Of a DNA stretch of 33,486 nt, positions 24,441 to 31,776 are shown piece after piece. A program made the position numbers and the translations under genes. Source of the DNA: Candidatus Micrarchaeota archaeon (GTDB taxonomy: Archaea; Micrarchaeota; Micrarchaeia; Norongarragalinales; SBBD01). Numbering within the stretch: position 1 is the first letter of the stretch; every line of letters begins with the position of its first letter. A model generated the notes under the pieces. That model saw only the letters and a list, made by a program, of their open reading frames with translations, searched no databases and was not told where the DNA came from. The stretch is taken from NCBI GenBank assembly GCA_043807785.1, contig JAZDFO010000066.1:1-33486 (forward strand). The letters run 5' to 3'.

Positions 24441-24826
24441 GCCGCATGTATCTGGACGTAGACGTGCTTTACGCGCTGGTGAAGGAAAAGGACTTCCACA
24501 AAGAATACGCCGAAAGGATTACTGCAACGGCGGGCGCCAAGGTAACGTCCTGCGTTTCCCTCCTCGAGCTCGAAATCGTCGTCAAGCGCGAGCTCGGGGA
24601 CGAGAAAAGCATGGAAATTGACCGGTGGGTCCGCAGGCTCGTGCCCGGGATTGACATTGCCGAATTTACGGAAAAACAGTTCGCCAAGAGCCTCGAATTG
24701 AGGAAAAAATACGGGCTGGGAATATTCGACGCCGTCCACGCCGCGGTTTGCCTGGAGAAGGGAGGGCAGATGGCATCGACCGACCACGCCTTCGACCGCG
24801 TGCCCGGAATCGCCAGGATAAAATAG
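24437..24826 (+). CDS. vapC: PIN-domain ribonuclease toxin (VapC)
   Basis: The four acidic PIN residues are in the expected order: YLDVDV, LLELE, IFDAVHAA and STDHAFD. Length is about 129 aa. Confidence 0.85.
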   Translation: MSRMYLDVDVLYALVKEKDFHKEYAERITATAGAKVTSCVSLLELEIVVKRELGDEKSMEIDRWVRRLVPGIDIAEFTEKQFAKSLELRKKYGLGIFDAVHAAVCLEKGGQMASTDHAFDRVPGIARIK

Positions 24827-24873
24827 GCGGGCAGGGCAGTTACCGGGCAAAGCCTGCCAAGGAAAACCAACTT

Positions 24874-25038
24874 GCGAAGAGCTCGCCTGCGCAATCGACA
24901 ACGCCAAGCACCTCGGCCTCGACCTGATGCTCTCAATCTGCGACAGGGAAACCCAGCATCACACACTACCGCGTCAAGCGCGTCGAGCTCCCGAAAAGCA
25001 AGTACGAATACTACGAGATTGAATGGACGCAACCCTAG
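24874..25038 (+). pseudogene. Displaced, frameshifted copy of the endA 3' end
   Basis: It aligns with 23915..24078. The last 68 nt before the final few codons are identical (24964-25031 = 24004-24071). The upstream part differs mainly at synonymous positions and carries a 1-nt insertion that breaks the frame. Confidence 0.8.
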
Positions 25039-25056
25039 GGTAAGAGGGGGGAGGGG

Positions 25057-25144
25057 CGACACGCGTCCGCGGAGACTTCGCGTCTCCGGGGCGCCGAAGA
25101 CTGGTGGTCTTCGAGCGGGGGGGAGTCTTCCCCCAGAGGTGTCG
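25057..25144. other. 88-nt cloverleaf-like module: three GC-rich hairpins closed by a 6-bp stem
   Basis: The closing stem is CGACAC (25057-62) with GTGTCG (25139-44). Hairpin 1 is CGGAGAC-TTCGC-GTCTCCG (25070-88). Hairpin 2 is CGAAGAC-TGGTG-GTCTTCG (25096-114). Hairpin 3 is GGGGGA-GTCT-TCCCCC (25119-34). Hairpins 1 and 2 differ by a compensatory G-C to A-T pair. Confidence 0.4.
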
Positions 25145-25148
25145 AATG

Positions 25149-25176
25149 CTACGAGATTGAATGGACGCAGCCGTAG
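25149..25176 (+). repeat. Third, short copy of the endA 3' terminus (CTACGAGATTGAATGGACGCAGCCGTAG)
   Basis: 26 nt (25149-25174) are identical to 24051-24076 at the end of the live endA gene. This copy ends in TAG rather than TGA. Confidence 0.75.
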
Positions 25177-25230
25177 ATTCAACGGCAACACTACCCTAAA
25201 ATAGGATAGCCGCAATAGCGGCGGAAAAGC

Positions 25231-26613
25231 TTATTCCTCGGAAACGCTGTTTCTCTTCGCTTTGCCGTTGCCGTTCTTGAGCGAGTTGACGTGCGCGACG
25301 CGCTTTTGAACCAAAGCATTGGTGCCGATGTCCTTGCGGTGGCGCACGGGCCCGGCAATCTTGCATACCGCCTCTTCAGCGAGCTTTTCCGCTGCCTCGA
25401 TTGTGGAAGCGAAGCCCACGCAGGCGACCGCGCGCGAAGTGCCCATTGAATAGACGTTCTTTTGCGCCGTGGATTCCACCGAGCCAAGGTAGTATTTTAC
25501 GCCGGAATTGGCCTTCGAAAAGGCTTCCAGCGCAGCCAAGTCTATGGTCGAGCCGTTCTTTTTCGGATTCTCGGGATAGCCCTGGGGGACGGCGTACTTG
25601 CATACGGATGCCATCGGGGCAAACGAGAGCTTAAGCGTCGAGAGCTTCTGGCTTGCAACAGCTCGGCAGACTTCAACGAAATCGTTTTCAAGCAGTGGCA
25701 GGACGTTCATTATCTCGGGGTCGCCAAAGCGCGCGTTGTATTCAATGAGCTTGACGCCCGAGGCAGTGACCATGAACCCGCCGTACATGACTCCCTTGTA
25801 ATATTGCCCGGTTTCATTGTAAAGCGCAGCAGCAAGGCGTTCCGTGATTTCCTTCGCGTCGGCGACGTCTTCCTTGGAAACGAACGGCAAAAGGCCGTTG
25901 GCGGCGGAATACGAGCCCATGCCGCCGGTATTCTGGCCGACGTCGCCTTCATACGCGCGCTTGTGGTCCTGGACCGCCGGGCATGGCACGACAGTCTTGC
26001 CGTCGGTAATGAACTGCAGCGAGAATTCCTCTCCCTCGAGCTTTTCCTCGACGATTACCCTGCCGCCGGATGCGAGGATTTCACGGCAATACTCCATGGA
26101 ATCGTCGATTCCCTTGAGGTGCTCGCCAAGCAGCTTGACTCCCTTGCCGCCGGAAAGGCCGTCGGGCTTGATGACAAAGCTGTTCATGCTCAGAAGGTAG
26201 TCGCGCAAGCCGGATTCGGAATCGAAGGACTTGTGCTCGGGGTTGCCCTCGATTCCGTATTTTTGCATCAGCCCGCGGGTAAATGACTTGCTGGTCTCGA
26301 GGCGTGCCAGCGACTTGGACGGCCCAAAACAGGCGACGCCCATTTCCTCCAGCGCGTCGACGGCCCCGACGGCAAGCGCGGCCTCGGGGCTCATGACCGC
26401 AATGCTTGCGCCGGTTTCCTTGGCAAATTTCGCAAGCGCAGCCAAATCCTCAAGCCGCCCGACCTGCACTTTCTTGGCCTTTGCCAAAACGCCGGGGTTG
26501 TTGTGCGACAGGTACGCGTAAAGCTCGGCGCCGGCGCTCTTTGCAATCGCATCTGCAAGGCAGTCGGCGCGCGCGGTCGAGCCCAAGCCCACTAGCAACA
26601 CTTTTTCCGCCAT
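25231..26613 (-). CDS. purD: Phosphoribosylamine-glycine ligase
   Basis: Full-length ATP-grasp GARS-type protein of 460 aa, running from MAEKVLLVGLGSTARADCLADAI through LEGEEFSLQFITDG to NARFGDPE. Confidence 0.9.
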   Translation of the reverse strand: MAEKVLLVGLGSTARADCLADAIAKSAGAELYAYLSHNNPGVLAKAKKVQVGRLEDLAALAKFAKETGASIAVMSPEAALAVGAVDALEEMGVACFGPSKSLARLETSKSFTRGLMQKYGIEGNPEHKSFDSESGLRDYLLSMNSFVIKPDGLSGGKGVKLLGEHLKGIDDSMEYCREILASGGRVIVEEKLEGEEFSLQFITDGKTVVPCPAVQDHKRAYEGDVGQNTGGMGSYSAANGLLPFVSKEDVADAKEITERLAAALYNETGQYYKGVMYGGFMVTASGVKLIEYNARFGDPEIMNVLPLLENDFVEVCRAVASQKLSTLKLSFAPMASVCKYAVPQGYPENPKKNGSTIDLAALEAFSKANSGVKYYLGSVESTAQKNVYSMGTSRAVACVGFASTIEAAEKLAEEAVCKIAGPVRHRKDIGTNALVQKRVAHVNSLKNGNGKAKRNSVSEE

Positions 26614-26691
26614 GCGAATCTCCCCTGGTTTGGTTGGATATTAATTGCTTATAAAGAATTGGCTTAATTGAATGGCACTACGTTGCTGCCG

Positions 26692-27009
26692 TCAGCCGAA
26701 GATGCTTCCAAAGCCTGCGGTCGCAGCGTCCTGTTCCGCCTCGATTTTCGCCGAAATTGAGTCCGCTTCATCTCCGGATAGTTCCTTGGCGGTCTCCAGC
26801 GCGGCCAGCCTTGCCTTGAGCTTGCCGGCAACCACATCATCGGCGGTCTTGAAGTAAACGACGTAATTGCCTCCCTTTAGGCCCATGGGCTTGCTCTCGC
26901 GCAACACATAACCCGTTTTGACGAAGGAATCGCCGGCGTACGGGTCCGCGGCGAGCGCGTCTTTGAGCTTCCCGTAGTCCTTGCCTTCGACAAGATATAC
27001 GAACCTCAT
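26692..27009 (-). CDS. 105-aa protein with a ribosomal-stalk-like C-terminal tail (…EAEQDAATAGFGSIFG); either a divergent aP1 or a tail mimic
   Basis: An acidic/Ala-rich linker is followed by a terminal GFGSIFG. The N-terminus starts MRFVY (compare MEYVY of archaeal P1), but the middle part looks beta-rich. ATGA overlap with the upstream membrane-protein gene. Confidence 0.5.
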   Translation of the reverse strand: MRFVYLVEGKDYGKLKDALAADPYAGDSFVKTGYVLRESKPMGLKGGNYVVYFKTADDVVAGKLKARLAALETAKELSGDEADSISAKIEAEQDAATAGFGSIFG

Positions 27010-28055
27010 GATTTCTTCGACCTCGACTTTGCCTGGATTGAACCCGGGGGCTTTCTGGCAGCAACCCCGGACTTTCGGCCAGTGGCAGCCTCCTTTGGCG
27101 CATTGGAAAACGCCTTTGCCGGAATCGCAAGCGGCTTGGGCGCAGACGCCAAGTTGTCCTTGAGCACTCCCGCCTTTTCAAGAATTGATGCGTAAATGCT
27201 GGTGTGGGCGAATGCGAACGCGAGCGCCATCAACGCGGATGAAGCGGCAGAAAGCACGTTTGATGCAATCGCCAGTGCCCGGGTTTGCGGAAAGAGCGAA
27301 ATGATGCCGTTGGGTATGGCGAATGCCAGCGACACGGCTATTGCGCAGATGAGCATGGAAACGAAGAGCCTTGCGAAAACGCCGAGCGCACGGCCTTGGG
27401 TGAGCTTCCATGAAACGCGCAGGGAGTCCGACATCGAGAGGTCTTCGTTGAGGAACGCCGGCATCGCCTGGCTAAAGCGCACGGACGAGTAAATCATTGA
27501 GACGAAGTATGCCGGGATTAGAATAACAAACAGCAATGCCGCTCCGGCGCCAATGAACGGGGACAAAAACAGCGCGCCCCAGAAGGCAAGCGAAAGCATC
27601 AACAGCGGCATGCTCATCCAGTTGAACATGACGGCGATTAAGACGAGCAGGGAAAGCAGGGCAAACCTTGCAACGGAATTGAAGCCCAACGCGATTGTCT
27701 TGAGGCCTGCCTTCGCCATCGCGTGCTTGCGAACATACGCCGAGACTATGGATGAGGCAATCCAGGAAACTATGCCGATGAATACAAAACCAGTGATGAT
27801 CTTCAAAAATGCCGGGATGAGCAGCAGCGCGGGATTCGCGCGAAACCATTGGGAGGCGTCGCCCTTGGCCCAGCTGTCAGGGGAGTTGGCAAACCCGGGG
27901 AAAAGCGAGAACATCATGCTCAGTATGAACAGCGAAACTATTAGGTTGATGGCGAAAAACGCGGCTGCATAGAGCCATGCTTTTGAGTCCGCCAGCCAGG
28001 AGAAGCCGAACCTGACTGCCTCAATGGAATCCTCCATGAAGTCTCCCAAAGCCAT
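27006..28055 (-). CDS. Polytopic membrane protein with a Lys/Ala/Pro-rich C-terminal tail
   Basis: ORF 27006..28082 has at least 6 hydrophobic helices. The start is uncertain (TTG 28082, ATG 28055 or ATG 28037). Confidence 0.6.
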   Translation of the reverse strand: MALGDFMEDSIEAVRFGFSWLADSKAWLYAAAFFAINLIVSLFILSMMFSLFPGFANSPDSWAKGDASQWFRANPALLLIPAFLKIITGFVFIGIVSWIASSIVSAYVRKHAMAKAGLKTIALGFNSVARFALLSLLVLIAVMFNWMSMPLLMLSLAFWGALFLSPFIGAGAALLFVILIPAYFVSMIYSSVRFSQAMPAFLNEDLSMSDSLRVSWKLTQGRALGVFARLFVSMLICAIAVSLAFAIPNGIISLFPQTRALAIASNVLSAASSALMALAFAFAHTSIYASILEKAGVLKDNLASAPKPLAIPAKAFSNAPKEAATGRKSGVAARKPPGSIQAKSRSKKS

Positions 28056-28082
28056 GCACCCCAAAAAACGATTTTGCGGCAA

Positions 28083-29180
28083 TCAAACCCAGTACGAGAG
28101 CTTTTTCAGGCCGGTTATTTCCGAAGTCCCCTTCCCCGAATATTTCCTTCGCCCGATCCTGGCGGAAAGCTCGTTTGCAAACGATGCATAATCAATGTCC
28201 GCGCTCGGAAGGCCAAAATGGGTTAAGAGCGCCGCACCCTTAATAACCCTTTTCGCCGGCTTGTGCCGCGCGCGCACGCGGACCTTGAACCTGCCGTCAG
28301 CAGACGCCGCGCTGGCAGTGGGAAGCCTTGACTTGAAGCTCACCCTTCCATTCGCGTCCCCGTAAATCTCGAATTTGCCGCTCTTCCAGTCCGTCCAATA
28401 GAGCTGGTAGTTCACCGGCACCCTTCTCCCGTTGATGTCGACAAAAAACTGCATCAAACCGACAAATTTTGCATTGCCTTTGCCGGAAACCGGCTGGCAG
28501 AGCGCGACATTCCAATTCCACCCCGACGAAACAATCGGCAGCGCAACGCGCACGCCCTCGGTGTAGCCGTACTGGCCTTCGATGCGCGCGCCGACAAGCT
28601 CGGCGACCTGCGGCGGCAGGTTCATTGAAGACACGTCGCCTTCGGCGGAAATCTCGAGGGAGCCGGAAAGCGGGTTGAGCACCCAGGTGCAGAGTATGCG
28701 GCCGAACACGTTGAACACGCAGCGGTAGTTCCCGATTTTCGGGATTTTGCGGAATGAATACTTGAACACGAGTTTCCCGCTCCCGCGCGGCACCGAAATT
28801 GCAAGCGAATATTCCAGGCCGTTGAATTCAAGCACGGCCTCGCGCTCGGCGTCCTTCACCGAAGCCTTGCCGTCGGCAAAACGCGCCGCGCAAGTGCCTT
28901 CGCCGAACAAAAACGACTTTCCCCCCGCGCGCAGTTCGTTGAACAGCCGGCACTGCCTCTCGTCGAAGGCCAGCGCAGCAAATGCCTGCGTGCCCTCGCC
29001 GTGGACGTAGGAGTAAAACCAGCCGCGTTCGGACGCCGACTTGGACCCGCGGAAAAACTCGCCGGGCTCAAACAGCCGCGCGTAGCCGGCGAACTTGGCG
29101 TCCCCGCGCCGCACGCGATGCACGCCGCGGTTGCGGCCGTCGAAAAAAAACTCGAGAATGTCCTTGTTGGTCGCGTGCAT
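28083..29180 (-). CDS. Hypothetical protein, probably beta-rich; no domain recognised
   Basis: Long ORF with host-like composition, tightly packed between elp3 and the membrane-protein gene. Confidence 0.55.
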   Translation of the reverse strand: MHATNKDILEFFFDGRNRGVHRVRRGDAKFAGYARLFEPGEFFRGSKSASERGWFYSYVHGEGTQAFAALAFDERQCRLFNELRAGGKSFLFGEGTCAARFADGKASVKDAEREAVLEFNGLEYSLAISVPRGSGKLVFKYSFRKIPKIGNYRCVFNVFGRILCTWVLNPLSGSLEISAEGDVSSMNLPPQVAELVGARIEGQYGYTEGVRVALPIVSSGWNWNVALCQPVSGKGNAKFVGLMQFFVDINGRRVPVNYQLYWTDWKSGKFEIYGDANGRVSFKSRLPTASAASADGRFKVRVRARHKPAKRVIKGAALLTHFGLPSADIDYASFANELSARIGRRKYSGKGTSEITGLKKLSYWV

Positions 29181-29195
29181 GGAAGAAAGCCACCG

Positions 29196-30803
29196 CTAGG
29201 ACAACTGCTTTCCCATATAAATGCCGTCGCGTGCGTAGCCAAGCGCACGGTAGTAGTTGCGCACCCCCACGCCGGAGATGACCAGCAGCTTGTTCGCGCC
29301 GAATTCCTCGCGGGAAACCCGTTCCGCCTCCGCCAGCAGCTGGCTGCCCAAGCCGCCGTGCTGCATGGAATCCAGCTTGTTGGAACCATCCTTTTCGCCG
29401 ACGCGGAGTTGCTCGCCGTAGACATGCAGTTCGCGAACGCCGGCCGTATTGGGCGCAATCTCGGGCCGAAAACGAGTTTCGCCGGGAATCCGAAGGCGCA
29501 AAAAGCCAAGCAGAGCACCGATGCCAGTTTCCTCGAAGCTCAAGAACACCTCTTGCCCACCGCTGGCGGCGTAATCCCTGCGAACCATGCGCACATTTTC
29601 CCAGTCGACGCGCGTGCCACGCTTGAGCTGCCGGATTCCGGCCTCCCTGCACCGGATGCAGCGGCATTCAACGCCGTTTTTGCGCATCTTTATGGCAATC
29701 AGCTCCCGCAGGTTGCTTTTCTCCACGCCGTCGGCGATGAGGTTGACGGGAATGTCGCGGTTGACGCGCATGATGCGGCACCACTCCGGCACGAAGCGCT
29801 TGCACTCTGCGATTACGCCGGCGGCGGTCTCGGAATCATAAGGCTTGTATTCGCCGCGCCGCCACAACTGGTAAAGCGGGGTGTTGGGCATGACCAGAGT
29901 CGGGTAAATCTTGAGCATGTCGGGCTGGAAATCGCCGCCGGTAAAAAGGCGCTTAAAGTCCTCGACGTCCTCTTGCGGGTTTGCAAAAAGCCCGGGCATC
30001 ATATGGTAGCAGACCTTGACGAAAGAGTCCTTGAGCCTCGCGGTGGCGCCAATAACGTCCGCAACGGTGTGCCCGCGGCCGCTCTTTTTCATCACCGCCT
30101 CCGACAGCGACTGGACGCCGATTTCCACGCGCGTCATGCCGTAATCGAGCATCGCCGAAATCTGGGAAGGCGAACAATAGTCGGGCCGCGTCTCCAAGGT
30201 AAGCCCGATCATGCGGTGCTTGGCAGACTCGTTGAGCTCCTGCGCGGCCTGGATGGAGGCGGATGGCACGCCGTTGAGGGCGTCGTAAATGCCTTTGATG
30301 AATTTATCAGTATACTCCGCCGGCGCGGAATTGAAGGTCCCGCCCTGCACGATTACCTCGCACTTTCCAGTGACATGGCCGATGAGCTCGAACTGGCGCA
30401 AGCGGGCGTTGACCTGCCTAAAGGAATCATAATCGTTTTGCGACGCGCGGCGCGCTGCCGGCTCCTTTCCAGTGTACGCCTTTGGCGAGCCGGCCTCGAC
30501 GCCGCCGGGGCAGTAAATGCACTTCCCCGGGCACGGCATCGGCACAGTCATGATGGCGATGTTGCTGATGCCCGAAAGCGAGCGCACGTCCTTGATTTTA
30601 AGGAGCCTGCGCCAGTCTTCGGAAATGCCACCCTCCATTTTCTCGACGAATTCGAGGATGTCCGGGTTCTTCACAACGCCGGAAAGCCCGTTTGCGCTGC
30701 ACGCCGACATCTTGAGGCGCTCAAGCTCGCGCGGCGGCATCCCGGGATTTTTCTTGAGCCGCGCGTAGATTTGCGCCAGAGCAAGCTCCTTGTTGGAATC
30801 CAT
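29196..30803 (-). CDS. elp3: Elp3-family radical-SAM/GNAT tRNA wobble-uridine modification enzyme
   Basis: Radical-SAM cluster CPGKCIYCPGG, a C-terminal GNAT region QHGGLGSQLLAEAERV, and about 535 aa. Confidence 0.9.
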   Translation of the reverse strand: MDSNKELALAQIYARLKKNPGMPPRELERLKMSACSANGLSGVVKNPDILEFVEKMEGGISEDWRRLLKIKDVRSLSGISNIAIMTVPMPCPGKCIYCPGGVEAGSPKAYTGKEPAARRASQNDYDSFRQVNARLRQFELIGHVTGKCEVIVQGGTFNSAPAEYTDKFIKGIYDALNGVPSASIQAAQELNESAKHRMIGLTLETRPDYCSPSQISAMLDYGMTRVEIGVQSLSEAVMKKSGRGHTVADVIGATARLKDSFVKVCYHMMPGLFANPQEDVEDFKRLFTGGDFQPDMLKIYPTLVMPNTPLYQLWRRGEYKPYDSETAAGVIAECKRFVPEWCRIMRVNRDIPVNLIADGVEKSNLRELIAIKMRKNGVECRCIRCREAGIRQLKRGTRVDWENVRMVRRDYAASGGQEVFLSFEETGIGALLGFLRLRIPGETRFRPEIAPNTAGVRELHVYGEQLRVGEKDGSNKLDSMQHGGLGSQLLAEAERVSREEFGANKLLVISGVGVRNYYRALGYARDGIYMGKQLS

Positions 30804-30877
30804 TGGAAAAGCTGGGGATTGTTAAAAATAAAAACGCCCCGCTGGCGGGAAAAAAAGGAAAGAAACGCGGAAAACGG

Positions 30878-31294
30878 TCAGCGCTCGCGGCCGAACAGGA
30901 GCACGCCGGCGGCCAACAGGACCAGCCCGAGCACGAAATCAACGTAAATCGTCTGCATGAAGGCGTTGGCTATCTTGGATATGCTGTCGTTCACAATCTG
31001 TCGCGCCTGCGCCGAGCTGGCGGAAATGTCGGCCTCGGCCTGGCCCATGGAGCGCGCCTGTTCCTCGCTTGCCGTAATCTGCGCGTCGAGCAGCGGCTTG
31101 CTGATTTCCGACTGCGCGGAAGTGATTTGCATCTGGTTGTACTGGCTTGCCGCAAGCGCCATAAACGCCGTGCCGAGCAACAGGAAAACGTAGCTTAACG
31201 CGATTTTCTTGGACAAGAATCCCACACCCCTCCAACGACGGAGGGAACAATTAACCACCACTGAATTTAAAAATGCCCCGCCATCTCTGTTCAC
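30878..31294 (-). CDS. Small membrane-anchored hypothetical protein (start uncertain, possibly GTG 31225)
   Basis: Two hydrophobic segments (ALSYVFLLLGTAFMALAA and FVLGLVLLAAGVLLFG) flank a Gln/Ser/Ala-rich stretch. A hairpin CCCGC-CA-GCGGG plus a T-run follows on the minus strand (30835-30849). Confidence 0.45.
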   Translation of the reverse strand: MNRDGGAFLNSVVVNCSLRRWRGVGFLSKKIALSYVFLLLGTAFMALAASQYNQMQITSAQSEISKPLLDAQITASEEQARSMGQAEADISASSAQARQIVNDSISKIANAFMQTIYVDFVLGLVLLAAGVLLFGRER

Positions 31295-31333
31295 AACGCA
31301 TTAAAAACAATAAACACCATTTCTTTTTACAAC

Positions 31334-31441
31334 GCCTCCGTAGCTCAGCAGCAGAGCGCCTGTCTTGTAACCCGCCGCGCCCCGGTTCCGCGCGATGGGA
31401 AGGAAAACAGGAGGTCGAGGGTGCGACCCCCTCCGGAGGCT
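31334..31441 (+). tRNA. tRNA-Thr (anticodon UGU) with a 36-nt BHB intron at the canonical 37/38 position (31370..31405)
   Basis: Folded by hand. The acceptor stem is GCCTCCG/CGGAGGC, the D arm is GCTC-AGCAGCA-GAGC, and the anticodon stem is CCTGT/ACAGG with loop CTTGTAA. The T arm is GAGGG-TGCGACC-CCCTC and the discriminator base is T. Intron bulges are UA|A and AA|A, the central helix is CUUG/AAGG (with one G.A mismatch), and the intron helix is CCC/GGG plus CGCGC/GCGCG. An AT-rich box TTAAAAAC lies about 26-33 nt upstream. Confidence 0.85.
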
Positions 31442-31616
31442 TCCGATTTACCTGGTGATGACCATGAAAGGAAGCTATTCCATGATGCATGCCGACACCG
31501 CGTTGATGGCAGTAGGCGCCATCATGTTCTTGGGCGGCGACCCAACCGGCATGTGGGTTGCCGTAGCCGGCGCCGGATTGCATTTCGCGTCAGGCGGCGT
31601 TTAAACTCGTTATTCT

Positions 31617-31639
31617 GGTGCGACCCCCTCCGGAAGCTT
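31617..31639 (+). repeat. Direct repeat of the tRNA-Thr 3' end (GGTGCGACCCCCTCCGGAAGCTT), att-like
   Basis: 22 of 23 nt are identical to 31419-31441/2 within the tRNA T arm and acceptor stem. Confidence 0.7.
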
Positions 31640-31776
31640 TTGCCGCAAACAGCAACCCATAAAAGCACGGGGGCGCACAAACGCTTTTCTTTACCGTTTC
31701 ACCAACCGGTGCAGTTCATGAGAGGACACGCGGAGCTATATTACGCAGACTGGGCGCTGCTGGCCATCGGCATTTA

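Noticed and set aside
25070-25134. The hairpin stems contain type IIS restriction sites (CGTCTC, GAAGAC/GTCTTC, GAGTC), which suggests a synthetic cloning scar.
   Set aside because: The sites arise automatically from the palindromic GAGAC/GTCTC-type stems. The region is embedded between natural-looking diverged repeats of endA, and nothing else in the window looks vector-derived. I cannot fully exclude it without a database search.
25057-25144. The cloverleaf-like module could be a tRNA or a tRNA pseudogene.
   Set aside because: The loops are only 4-5 nt. There are no conserved D-loop or T-loop (GTTC-like) signatures and no 7-nt anticodon loop. The stems are 6-7 bp, unlike tRNA arms.
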